Below, in pieces: positions 1 through 8,775 of a stretch of 46,347 nt of DNA. The position numbers and the translations under genes were made by a program. The notes beneath the pieces are model-generated. The model had not been told where the DNA came from, did not search any database, and was given only the letters and a program-made list of their open reading frames with translations. Source of the DNA: a virus; the IMG/VR virus record IMGVR_UViG_3300018081_000003, one strand, 5' to 3'. Numbering within the stretch: position 1 is the first letter of the stretch; every line of letters begins with the position of its first letter.

Positions 1-123
1 CAGATGGTAGTTCGATCACATGTAACCAACAGGCATTTGAACATGGTAGATTTTACTTCCAACCGAGATACGTTAACAGCGGTGGTGCTGTAGGTGTGGC
101 TACTCAACTATACTTCTACGTCG
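1..123. repeat. terminal direct repeat copy 1 (123 bp, identical to 46225..46347)
   Basis: Bases 1-123 match the last 123 bases of the window letter for letter. The repeat lies inside an ORF, so it looks like the overlap of a circularised assembly rather than a biological terminal repeat. Confidence 0.95.
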
Positions 124-137
124 CATGGGGATATTGA
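3..137 (+). CDS. tail fibre protein 2, C-terminal end (continuation of 44316..46347 across the junction)
   Basis: The frame of the open-ended ORF starting at GTG 44316 continues through the repeat, reads ...QLYFYVAWGY and stops at TGA 135-137. Confidence 0.8.
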   Translation, partial: DGSSITCNQQAFEHGRFYFQPRYVNSGGAVGVATQLYFYVAWGY

Positions 138-520
138 TGACTGATGAGAAGATAGAACAACCGATTATCATTCCTGAGACACCATTGGGAATGGCTACTT
201 TCGTTGTGCGTTATTATGGTACATTCGATGCGGAAGGTAGGGCTATAGCATTTTATACGAATGAAATTTATCCACCTGAGAATGAGAATGCTCGTAGTTC
301 GAAGATACCTCTAGAGGCTGTGGAGATTACCGAGGAAGTTTGGAAGGAATTGCTGGCTAAACAAACAGGAGCGGTGTATCTCGATGGTCATGTGGTTGAC
401 GTACCGTATCCATACATACCACCACCGCCACCTAGTCCTATAGAAGCGATAGAAAAGGCAATCGAGTCACTTGCTAAGGATATACAAGAACTCAAACGCG
501 AACTGAGAGGTAGACGATGA
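137..520 (+). CDS. hypothetical protein, possible tail-fibre assembly/chaperone
   Basis: Track ORF 125..520. In-frame ATG 137 overlaps the fibre stop (TGATGA). Has a PPPPPSP linker and a charged C-terminal helix ([14 protein letters not shown]). The function is guessed only from its position directly after a fibre gene. Confidence 0.6.
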   Translation: MTDEKIEQPIIIPETPLGMATFVVRYYGTFDAEGRAIAFYTNEIYPPENENARSSKIPLEAVEITEEVWKELLAKQTGAVYLDGHVVDVPYPYIPPPPPSPIEAIEKAIESLAKDIQELKRELRGRR

Positions 521-711
521 ACGAAGATCAACAGGCTATTAGTCAGAAAGTCGAACAGAACGTGCGTATGCTCATTGGTGATCTGTATATGCAGGTACTT
601 GTACTTAGAGCGACTATTGAAGCTAATAACGATCACGCAAAGATGAACGATCAAGCAAAGGTGAACGGGAGAGGTGAGTTCGATGCCCATGAAAAGCGAC
701 AAACAACGTAG
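517..711 (+). CDS. hypothetical protein (64 aa)
   Basis: ATG 517 overlaps the upstream stop (ATGA coupling). No recognisable motif. Confidence 0.5.
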   Translation: MNEDQQAISQKVEQNVRMLIGDLYMQVLVLRATIEANNDHAKMNDQAKVNGRGEFDAHEKRQTT

Positions 712-898
712 AGCGATGCACGCTGCGGCATCTGGTAAAAGTAACATTGGGATACCGAAACAAGTTGCGAAACAGTTCGTCCGCGACTCTTCGGCGCGCG
801 GAGTTTCACAGCCACAGCAACAAATACAACAACAGCCGAAACAACAATCACCTGAATTACAGATGGCGATGATGGAGGCTATGAGGAGAGGTCGGTGA
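683..898 (+). CDS. DUF3008-like small protein
   Basis: Track ORF 674..898. ATG 683 follows GGGAGAGGTGAG. The signature [29 protein letters not shown] resembles the DUF3008 family as I recall it. Confidence 0.55.
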   Translation: MPMKSDKQRRAMHAAASGKSNIGIPKQVAKQFVRDSSARGVSQPQQQIQQQPKQQSPELQMAMMEAMRRGR

Positions 899-1155
899 TG
901 ATTGCATTAGCGCGACCTATCGTATTTTCATTATTACTGAGTGGATGTACGACGTTTCCTTCGTTCTTTGGTCCCGCTACTAGAGGAGTAGACCCATATG
1001 CTGCTGCGGTATATGGGGTACCTGATGCAGTTGTAGTTACTCGACCTCCTGAGATTTATACAAGAGCGGAGATCGATGCAATCAATGCGGAAGTTAGTTG
1101 TCGAAGACTTGCAAGGAATATGCTAGAAGCACAGAGATGCGGTGTGAGGAGGTAA
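898..1155 (+). CDS. putative lipoprotein (spanin-like or exclusion protein?)
   Basis: TGATG overlap with the upstream stop and a GAGGAGAGG RBS. N-terminal signal with lipobox LLSGC (Cys17). Confidence 0.65.
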   Translation: MIALARPIVFSLLLSGCTTFPSFFGPATRGVDPYAAAVYGVPDAVVVTRPPEIYTRAEIDAINAEVSCRRLARNMLEAQRCGVRR

Positions 1156-1157
1156 CA

Positions 1158-1325
1158 ATGCCAATCGGTCTTATCTTTTGGGTACTGATGCTCATCATAC
1201 TCGTGTTTGGTATAGCGCGATCTCAACCAGCATTCGCTCCTTATGCATGGGGATGGGACTGGTTGTTGTACATCCTTCTATTCCTACTCGGATGGAAGGT
1301 GTTTGGCTTCATGGTACACGCATAG
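1158..1325 (+). CDS. small membrane protein with two TM helices (holin-like?)
   Basis: GGAGG RBS upstream of ATG 1158. 55 aa with two hydrophobic segments (IGLIFWVLMLIILVFGI and WLLYILLFLLGWKVFGFMV). Confidence 0.6.
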   Translation: MPIGLIFWVLMLIILVFGIARSQPAFAPYAWGWDWLLYILLFLLGWKVFGFMVHA

Positions 1326-1331
1326 GACACT

Positions 1332-2909
1332 ATGACTAATTACATTGTAAAAGAGGACGGCTTGAATGACCGTTTCTTCAGGTCGCGTGCTAAGATACGA
1401 ATTCTTGGTGGCGGCTTTGCTAACGGGAAGACTGCTAGTGCCTGTATTGAAGCACTCAAGTTTGCCCGTGACTATCCGGGTTCAAATGGGCTTATGGCTC
1501 GTGCAACTTATCCTAAACTTAATGATACTCTTCGTAAGGAGTTTATCAAGTGGTGTCCGAAGCAATGGGTTAAGAATTTCCCGTTAGGACAGAACAGCAG
1601 TAATATGTGTACTCTAAAGAATGGGACTACGATTAACTTTAGATACATGCAACAACAGTCGAGAGGGGATGAAGCTGCCACATCGAACCTCCTCAGCGCG
1701 ACTTACGATTGGATTGTAGTCGATCAGATTGAAGACCCTGAAATCGTACATAAGGACTTCTTGGATTTGATGGGTCGTCTACGTGGGTCTACTCCGTATA
1801 TCGGTGATGATCCTACGATGCCACACACTGGTCCGCGTATGATGATTTTAACCTGTAATCCTACGAGGAATTGGGTATATAAGCGTCTCGTCCATCCATT
1901 CCATCTATATAAGGAGCGGGGAGTTATAACGAACGACCTGATTGTTTTAAGGGACAAGGACGGTAAACCTATTAAGAAGGATGACCAAGTACAACCCTTG
2001 TTAGATGTGATCGAAGGTAGTACGTATGAAAATGCCCACGTACTAGAGCCTGATGTCATCCAAGGATTAGAGTCCACTTATACCGGACAGATGAAAGATC
2101 GCTTCCTATTAGGTAAGTGGGCAGCATATGAGGGTCTAGTATACCCACAGTATAATGATATAACACATAGCGTCGAACATACGGATATAATGAAGCTGTG
2201 GAATAAGCTGATCGACGACGGGTACATGATCCCTATTATAGATGGCTACGATTTCGGTATTGCAGTCCCATCTTGCTATTTGCTCTCCTTCGTTGATAAT
2301 GATGGCAACGTTATTATCGTGGACGGTTTCTACAAGAGCGAGATGGGAATATTAGAGCAAGCCGATAAGATACGGTCTATAAGACAGAGATGGGGGTTAC
2401 CACAGGATCAAGACTGTTGGGCCGATCCGAATATCTTTAAGCGATACGGTGGTAATAGTGGTAACGTCAATGAGACAGTGGCTAGTCAATTTGCTAATCT
2501 CGGTGTCCCGATGCGTCGGGGTAATAATGACATTCTCGGCGGCATTGTTAAAGTCGGAAGTTATCTCACTATTAGTCGCTTTCATCGTAATCCTTTTACT
2601 GGTGACTTCAGTGCTCCTCACCTATACGTATCTCGTGACTTAGATTGGTGGATTGATGAGATAGGTGGGTACTATTGGGATAAGGATAGTAAAGGTGAGA
2701 GAGACGATAAGCCGAATGATCGTAATGACCACGCAATGGATACTACGAAGTATATGCTCACGAAGCTAGAGGCTATCGCTCGTCTCGATCCACGACTTAA
2801 TCAAGAACCTGGATATCTACAGTGGATGGAAAGTGATATAGTTGAGCCTAAATCGCGTAAGTGGCGTCATGGTAGAGAACGCCAGCAACAGATGAGCGAG
2901 ATAGTGTAA
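1332..2909 (+). CDS. terL: terminase large subunit
   Basis: 525 aa. Walker A-like GGGFANGKTAS, Walker B-like WIVVDQIED, C-terminal acidic nuclease-type motif (DRNDHAMD). Sits immediately upstream of a portal-sized gene. Confidence 0.9.
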   Translation: MTNYIVKEDGLNDRFFRSRAKIRILGGGFANGKTASACIEALKFARDYPGSNGLMARATYPKLNDTLRKEFIKWCPKQWVKNFPLGQNSSNMCTLKNGTTINFRYMQQQSRGDEAATSNLLSATYDWIVVDQIEDPEIVHKDFLDLMGRLRGSTPYIGDDPTMPHTGPRMMILTCNPTRNWVYKRLVHPFHLYKERGVITNDLIVLRDKDGKPIKKDDQVQPLLDVIEGSTYENAHVLEPDVIQGLESTYTGQMKDRFLLGKWAAYEGLVYPQYNDITHSVEHTDIMKLWNKLIDDGYMIPIIDGYDFGIAVPSCYLLSFVDNDGNVIIVDGFYKSEMGILEQADKIRSIRQRWGLPQDQDCWADPNIFKRYGGNSGNVNETVASQFANLGVPMRRGNNDILGGIVKVGSYLTISRFHRNPFTGDFSAPHLYVSRDLDWWIDEIGGYYWDKDSKGERDDKPNDRNDHAMDTTKYMLTKLEAIARLDPRLNQEPGYLQWMESDIVEPKSRKWRHGRERQQQMSEIV

Positions 2910-5173
2910 TGGAACCGGATGACGTTGCAACTGCGGCGATTAGTGAAAGCCTTGTTGAAGGTGGGATTAAACCTGAGAAGGGTAAAGAGGAATATTCACC
3001 ATCATATAAGATGATGGCAGATACTAAGATACCCGTATCGAAGCAGATGGGGAAACTGTGGAAATCTCGACGCGATCAGGCGAAGGCGAAGCTTAAGAAT
3101 GAAGGCATCGCTGACGCATGGGATGAATGCATTAGGTATTATAACAACGATCAGGTGACACATAGTAATGTAGAAGGCAGCCCGAATGTATCTCGGATGT
3201 CACGTAAGGGGACAGGTATCAGTGATGAGCACATTGAAACGGAGAACGTTGTATTCGCGAACACTACCGCACTTGTACCAGCTACCTACGCCAAAAACCC
3301 CGATGTCGAACTCACCCCTAACGATAAACAAGACGAAAAGACTACTGCATTCTCGACTTGCTGCGAGAGAGTGGTTAATGCGTTATTTTCGAAAAAGGTA
3401 TCCCCCGGTATAAATCTCAAGCCTAAAGCTCGTAAGTGTATCATTATGTGTACACTTACGAATGTCGCGTATTTAGAGTTGGGATGGACGGAGAAGGAGG
3501 ATAGTAGTGAGGCGACGCTTGTTGAGATACAACATGAAGCGGATAGACTTGCGAAGGCGAAAGACATTCACGAGATTGAAGAGATAGAGGGATGTTTGGC
3601 TGCACTTGAAGATAAGATCAACGTCCTCAGTCCGAGTGGCCCGTGGTGTAAGTTTCGACACCCGAAAGATGTACTACGTGATCCTGCCACTACTCATAAT
3701 GATTTGACTGATTGTAATTGGCTTATGATTGCTGACTTCGTTCCTACAACGCTGCTACGGGCGATATACTTTAAGAAGAAGGAGGATAAAGAGGACGAGT
3801 GGGAGTCGATTTACGCCCCGACGCATATATTAAATGCGAAGTCGAGCGGTGGACACGATGAGGAGATTAACAACTTTTCTCTATTAGACGGACATAAGGA
3901 TTATCACAGCTATGGGTACGATGATGAAGACACGTTTGACAAAGCGAAGTACACAAAAGTTTGGAGAGTGTACGATAAAGTTACACGACGACTCTTGTTG
4001 TTTAACGATAAGAACTGGTCGTGGCCTGTATGGGTATGGGACGACCCTTACAATCTCACCAATTTCTTCCCGGTCATTTGTTTGGAGTTTTATACCGATC
4101 CCGAGGGCGACTATGCTCGATCTGAGGTGATGTATTATCTCGATCAGCAGGATGCGATTAATGAGATAGCTAGTGAACGTCGTAGGGCGATAGCGTGGAC
4201 ACGGAAGAACCTATTCTACGATATCGATGCGATCAAGGACAGCAGTATAGTATCCAACTTCCTCAGTGGTGCTGAGAAAGGTGGAGCAGTTGGTGTGAAG
4301 GTACCTGATGGTAAGAAGATACAAGACCTTATCTTCTCGGTACCTCCACCATCTGGTCAGTTTATGCAGTTATTCGATCCACAGCCTTATCTACAAGCAA
4401 TCGATCGCGTCTCGTCTGTTACTAATGTGATGAGAGGCGTGGAGTATAAGACCAATACAACTAATAAGGCTATCGAGTCATATGAGTCACAGACACAGAC
4501 ACGTCTTGATGAGAAGATTGACCAGATAGAGGACTTCATTGGTAACGTGGGTGCTACACTATTAGAACTATGTGTAAGTAAGATGCCTGCTGAGATGGTC
4601 GCTGCTCTCGTTGAAGATAAATGCGGTGAAATATGGTCCGCGATGACACCAATGACACCGCAAGAGTTTCAATCGAAGTTCTCACTACGCATGGTCGGTG
4701 GTTCTGCACTCAAACCGACTGCTAGAGCGAAGAAAGAAGAAGCCTTACAAATGGGTCAGGTTCTCGGACAGTTTGGTAAAGCTGTCCCCGCTACAATGCT
4801 TATAATTCTACGTATGTTTGAACGTGCTTTTGATGAGGTAGTTATCACTGAAGAAGATTGGGCAATGTTGAGGGCGTCTGTTGAGAAACAACTCGCACCT
4901 GAAGAACCCGAACAGCAACAACAACCCGGTGGGGATCAAGTTGCTGAGATGGAGCAACAGCTAAATCAACTACCTCCGCAAGCTAAACAAGCTATCGGAG
5001 CGGCAATGGCTAAAGGTGTACCGATACGACAAGCTGTCGAAGAAGTAATGATGAGAGTACAACAGGGTAAGCAGAACAGAGTTACCGAGATCGCAAATGA
5101 ACATGCGACTCCGAAGCAACCATCAATCAATAGAGGACAGACAAATGGCGCCCCGCAGGGAGTCCCTCAATAA
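2909..5173 (+). CDS. portal protein (by size and synteny)
   Basis: 754 aa with a TAATG overlap with the terL stop, followed by scaffold-like and capsid-like genes. I could not read a diagnostic motif by eye. Confidence 0.7.
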   Translation: MEPDDVATAAISESLVEGGIKPEKGKEEYSPSYKMMADTKIPVSKQMGKLWKSRRDQAKAKLKNEGIADAWDECIRYYNNDQVTHSNVEGSPNVSRMSRKGTGISDEHIETENVVFANTTALVPATYAKNPDVELTPNDKQDEKTTAFSTCCERVVNALFSKKVSPGINLKPKARKCIIMCTLTNVAYLELGWTEKEDSSEATLVEIQHEADRLAKAKDIHEIEEIEGCLAALEDKINVLSPSGPWCKFRHPKDVLRDPATTHNDLTDCNWLMIADFVPTTLLRAIYFKKKEDKEDEWESIYAPTHILNAKSSGGHDEEINNFSLLDGHKDYHSYGYDDEDTFDKAKYTKVWRVYDKVTRRLLLFNDKNWSWPVWVWDDPYNLTNFFPVICLEFYTDPEGDYARSEVMYYLDQQDAINEIASERRRAIAWTRKNLFYDIDAIKDSSIVSNFLSGAEKGGAVGVKVPDGKKIQDLIFSVPPPSGQFMQLFDPQPYLQAIDRVSSVTNVMRGVEYKTNTTNKAIESYESQTQTRLDEKIDQIEDFIGNVGATLLELCVSKMPAEMVAALVEDKCGEIWSAMTPMTPQEFQSKFSLRMVGGSALKPTARAKKEEALQMGQVLGQFGKAVPATMLIILRMFERAFDEVVITEEDWAMLRASVEKQLAPEEPEQQQQPGGDQVAEMEQQLNQLPPQAKQAIGAAMAKGVPIRQAVEEVMMRVQQGKQNRVTEIANEHATPKQPSINRGQTNGAPQGVPQ

Positions 5174-6137
5174 CGAAGTAGACGACCAGATGCTTGATAC
5201 AGTACCGGGTCTTGAAGAAGATGTCGGTGCTGGTGATGAGTTTGATAATGTACAAGAAGCTGATGATACTGGTGAACCACAACAGCAACAACAGCAACCG
5301 CAAGACCCTACACAATTACGCCAGCAAGACGAAGGTCAAGTACGATACGATCAAGCTGGTAATGTTATAGACGCACGCGGTAACATAGTCGCTCCTGCTG
5401 GTCGTGGTCGTAGATTAGATGAGCAGAACAGACGATATCGTGGTCTATTAGATGCTAAAGAGCGCGAGTTACAACAGGTAAGGGCGCAGCAGAGTGAGGC
5501 GAACTTCCTTAACGGGGCACCTGCAAAGCTCGGACTAAATAACGACGAAACGGCTGCGGCCCTTGACATGATGGCCCTGTTCAAGAATAATCCTGCGCAG
5601 CTAGTGCAGATTGTTCTAGCGGAGGCATCAGCTAAAGGTGTCGATCTTAATAAATTACTCGGTTCGAACATAGGTGCAGTTCAGACCGATGCCATTAGGA
5701 AAATGCTTGATGATCGTTTAGCTCCTCTTGACAAGATTAATAAAGAGCGAGCAGAGAACGAACGGGTCACTCAAGCAGTCCATACACGATATAACACATT
5801 CTTGTCTAAATACCCTGACGCTGATCCGCATCAGGATGCTATCGCAAACTTAATGCGAACTCAGGGCCTCAATGAAGTCGAGGCATACTTTAGAGTACGC
5901 GAGTTTGCGCTTCGGAATAGGTTGGATTTCGAACAACCTCTTGGTCCTCAACTCGCTGCTGTTATGCAACGTGGAGGCCAACAGCCGGGGCAACAGGCAT
6001 CTCGTCGTCGTCCAATTGTTAACGGTAGAACACCGAGTAACGGGATGACAGAACGTCGGACAGAGGTCGCTTCTCCTGATCGTAGCTATGCATCGATCAT
6101 TGACGAAGCACTCCAAGAGTCAGGATATCAAGGGTAA
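5145..6137 (+). CDS. scaffolding protein (putative)
   Basis: Track ORF 5097..6137. ATG 5145 follows GAGGA. 330 aa with an acidic N-terminus, a Q-run and a charged helical character. Located between the portal and capsid genes. Confidence 0.6.
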   Translation: MAPRRESLNNEVDDQMLDTVPGLEEDVGAGDEFDNVQEADDTGEPQQQQQQPQDPTQLRQQDEGQVRYDQAGNVIDARGNIVAPAGRGRRLDEQNRRYRGLLDAKERELQQVRAQQSEANFLNGAPAKLGLNNDETAAALDMMALFKNNPAQLVQIVLAEASAKGVDLNKLLGSNIGAVQTDAIRKMLDDRLAPLDKINKERAENERVTQAVHTRYNTFLSKYPDADPHQDAIANLMRTQGLNEVEAYFRVREFALRNRLDFEQPLGPQLAAVMQRGGQQPGQQASRRRPIVNGRTPSNGMTERRTEVASPDRSYASIIDEALQESGYQG

Positions 6138-7093
6138 TGTCAACACTAGCAACAGTCCTCAACTCCACGCTCACTAAGTCGCGTGGCAAGTTGATTATGG
6201 CGGCAGTTAAATCCAACGCATTCGTTGCGTGGGCGATGGCTACCAACCGCGTCGAATATGAAGATGGCGGTTGGGAAATCACTAATCCTCTCACAGTGGG
6301 ACGCAATCCAAATGTGGGAACGTATGAGTATTATCAAACTCTTCCTGTCAACCAAACTAACGAATTTACGACTATCCGTTATGGATGGTCTAGATTTGCT
6401 GGTACGGTCATTATCTCCGAACAGGAAGAAGACGAGAACCGAGGACGAGCGCAAATCTTCAAGCTGATGAAAGCGAAGATGGAGGTCCTTGAAGAGAGTA
6501 TCAAGGAACAGTTCTCCGCTTATCTCTATGCTGCGGGTGGTGGTACTGATCCACTCGGTTTGGCGTCTCTTATACCGGACGATCCAACTACTGGAACGTT
6601 GGCTGGTCTTAATCGTGCTGCTGAACCTCAGTGGCGCACTTCATCTTATGACTTCAATGTCGGCGGTATTGACTCTACCAACATTGAAGAGGCGTTCGAT
6701 GACGTATTGATGGACCTCACTGTTAAAGGTGAGAAGCCTGATATCATTCTCTGTGGACGTAACCTGTACCGCATCTATCGTGCTGCGGTCAGAGACAAGA
6801 TCACCATTAATCTTGGTGAGAGCAACAGCGGCAAGAAGATGATGGACCTTGGTTTCAAAGGTGTTAGCCATCAATCCGTGCCGATGATGTACGATGAAGA
6901 TTGCCCTGTGAATAAGGCATACTTCATCAACTCTAAATATCTACGCCTTCATGTGCTCAAGCATGTGAATATGAAGGTGAAAGAACTTACCGCGCCGTGG
7001 AATGTGGATGCAAACGGATCGCGTGTCGTGTGGCAAGGACAGTTCTGTCTTTGGAAGGCATACCGCACTCACGCCGTTCTCATTAACGAGTGA
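6137..7093 (+). CDS. major capsid protein (putative)
   Basis: 318 aa with a TAATG overlap with the scaffold stop. The position after the scaffold and the size fit an HK97/T7-type coat protein. Confidence 0.65.
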   Translation: MSTLATVLNSTLTKSRGKLIMAAVKSNAFVAWAMATNRVEYEDGGWEITNPLTVGRNPNVGTYEYYQTLPVNQTNEFTTIRYGWSRFAGTVIISEQEEDENRGRAQIFKLMKAKMEVLEESIKEQFSAYLYAAGGGTDPLGLASLIPDDPTTGTLAGLNRAAEPQWRTSSYDFNVGGIDSTNIEEAFDDVLMDLTVKGEKPDIILCGRNLYRIYRAAVRDKITINLGESNSGKKMMDLGFKGVSHQSVPMMYDEDCPVNKAYFINSKYLRLHVLKHVNMKVKELTAPWNVDANGSRVVWQGQFCLWKAYRTHAVLINE

Positions 7094-7098
7094 GATAG

Positions 7099-7401
7099 AT
7101 GGCACAAGCAGTACAATCGCGAGTCGATAAGCCTGTACCTAAATTCCTGGTGGAAGAAGGTGGGCCGTATAAGAGACGAGTCGCTTCTTATGACAAAGAG
7201 AAGCGCCTCTTTAAGTACTCGGAGATTGAGGAACCGTCTTCGTTTATCCTCAAGTTTCCAAAAGGCCACTCTATCCGAGTGAGAACCCGTGCAGAAGTGG
7301 AGCGTCTTGTTGGTGATCCCGAATACGTTGAACTCGTTGATCTTGAGACGAGCGATGTAGTCGGGGTTATTCAGAAGCCGCTCAAGAAGAAAGGAGAATA
7401 A
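7099..7401 (+). CDS. hypothetical virion-module protein (100 aa)
   Basis: Compact ORF between the capsid gene and the next gene. No motif recognised. Confidence 0.6.
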   Translation: MAQAVQSRVDKPVPKFLVEEGGPYKRRVASYDKEKRLFKYSEIEEPSSFILKFPKGHSIRVRTRAEVERLVGDPEYVELVDLETSDVVGVIQKPLKKKGE

Positions 7402-7403
7402 CT

Positions 7404-8084
7404 ATGGCTCAGGGCGTAAACTCTCAGCACTTCGATACTTGGAACCAGCAAGTTAATATGTACGTACCGGACGCGCAGTTCAGTGCGGATATTGACTATG
7501 TGACTGGTGAGTATCGTGCTGACTATGGTGCGGTGCCTGCTCTCAGTGCGAACGGTATTCTCGCTGCGGGTAACTGGGCGGTAGCTGGTAGTAGTAACGT
7601 CTTCACTGCTGGCTATCGTGATAAGTTGGGTCCGTTTGGGCGTCAGCTTTCGTTCGTCTCACTTGCTACTGCTGCAAACGTCGTTACCATTCAAGGTCGC
7701 GACTATATGGGGCAGCCTATTCGTGAGACGCTGACACTTAATGGTGCGACTGCGGTTAATACGCTTAAGATTTATCGCAGCTTGGACTTGTTGACGTGGA
7801 CTGCTCCTAACGGTGCGGCTACTACTGTGAACATCGGCTATACTGATGTTCTCGGTGTTCCGTATCGTACAGTAGCGGTGCAGAACTGGCTCGAAGATGG
7901 ACTTGCAGCAACTCCGGGTACTGCTACGTATGGTGCAGCTAACAATGTTGCACAGACAGCAGGCAGTAGTGATCCTCGTGGTGGTGTTGACTTCACTTCC
8001 GCCTCCAACGGTGTGAAGACATTTGCTATCATCGGTCTTGCTGACTTGACTGAACTCTATGGTATCGCTCACTACGCTGGTTAA
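7404..8084 (+). CDS. hypothetical structural protein (possible capsid decoration or head fibre)
   Basis: AAGGAGA RBS. 226 aa with a Gly/Ala/Thr-rich beta-type sequence. Followed by a strong hairpin at 8093..8120. Confidence 0.65.
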   Translation: MAQGVNSQHFDTWNQQVNMYVPDAQFSADIDYVTGEYRADYGAVPALSANGILAAGNWAVAGSSNVFTAGYRDKLGPFGRQLSFVSLATAANVVTIQGRDYMGQPIRETLTLNGATAVNTLKIYRSLDLLTWTAPNGAATTVNIGYTDVLGVPYRTVAVQNWLEDGLAATPGTATYGAANNVAQTAGSSDPRGGVDFTSASNGVKTFAIIGLADLTELYGIAHYAG

Positions 8085-8092
8085 GTTGTAAT

Positions 8093-8131
8093 GGGATCGC
8101 TTATACGTGTAAGCGGTCCCGTTATTCTTGG
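8093..8131 (+). terminator. hairpin plus T-rich tail (terminator or RNA processing site) containing a palindromic-box copy
   Basis: GGGATCGCTTATAC/GTGTAAGCGGTCCC forms about 13 bp (two G-U pairs), followed by GTTATTCTT. The GGAGG RBS of the next gene starts right after it. Confidence 0.55.
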
Positions 8132-8139
8132 AGGTAGTG

Positions 8140-8775
8140 ATGTCGACGTTTGCAGACCTTATTCGTAAGACGCTTGTTGAATTGAGACAAGAGCCGGGTA
8201 TTAGTGTCCAGCAGTATAGCGAGGATGTACTTGCCGCTATAATGCAGAGACAGTTTAACATATTCTTCGATCATTATTGGTGGCCGCGGTATACTACGAA
8301 TAGAGCGATGTTTATTCTTAATGGTGTAGATGGTCGAGTTGTTGAGGATTTAAGGGATAAGATTAAGCGGATAGATGATATTAGATACATTTGGTTACAG
8401 GAGGAAGGAACACCGCTTCCTGCACTCCCTGCACATGCGAATGCAGCTACGTATCGCAAGTTCTACACATCGACACCGGATGATAGTATATTTCAAGTCA
8501 TCCCTGTAGAGACGGAAGGCTACGTTCGCGTCACTTACCGTACCAAGCCTAAACCGTTTACAGCTAATGATGAAGTTCATCTCGATGATGACTTGTTAGT
8601 CTGCGCGACTGCCTTCAATTATCTCGCTGATGATGAGGATGCGCCTAATAGTGTGAAGAAGTTTATGGAGGCTACAGCTAAACGTGAAGCACAATTACGA
8701 GAGGCGATGAATAGAGGACCGATACCATTCGGCGCACCAGCAGGTAGTCCGTTTACTGAATGGATGACTTGGTAA
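8140..8775 (+). CDS. head-tail adaptor / tail tubular A-sized protein (putative)
   Basis: Track ORF 8128..8775. ATG 8140 follows GGAGGT. 211 aa, located directly before a 789-aa gene, which mirrors the T7 gp11/gp12 sizes and order. Confidence 0.5.
   Translation: MSTFADLIRKTLVELRQEPGISVQQYSEDVLAAIMQRQFNIFFDHYWWPRYTTNRAMFILNGVDGRVVEDLRDKIKRIDDIRYIWLQEEGTPLPALPAHANAATYRKFYTSTPDDSIFQVIPVETEGYVRVTYRTKPKPFTANDEVHLDDDLLVCATAFNYLADDEDAPNSVKKFMEATAKREAQLREAMNRGPIPFGAPAGSPFTEWMTW

Noticed and set aside
1-123. Interpreting the identical ends as a biological direct terminal repeat
   Set aside because: The repeat lies in the middle of the tail-fibre coding sequence, and the ORF is continuous across the junction. 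An assembly overlap of a circular contig is the simpler explanation.
7659-8261. Long antisense ORFs inside virion or replication genes (7659..8261, 24394..24912, 30465..31136, 44243..44851, 42314..42910, 20840..21184 and others)
   Set aside because: They lie opposite strongly supported genes, lack RBSs and are not coupled to neighbours. Their products are Ser/Cys/Arg-rich, which is typical of non-coding frames.
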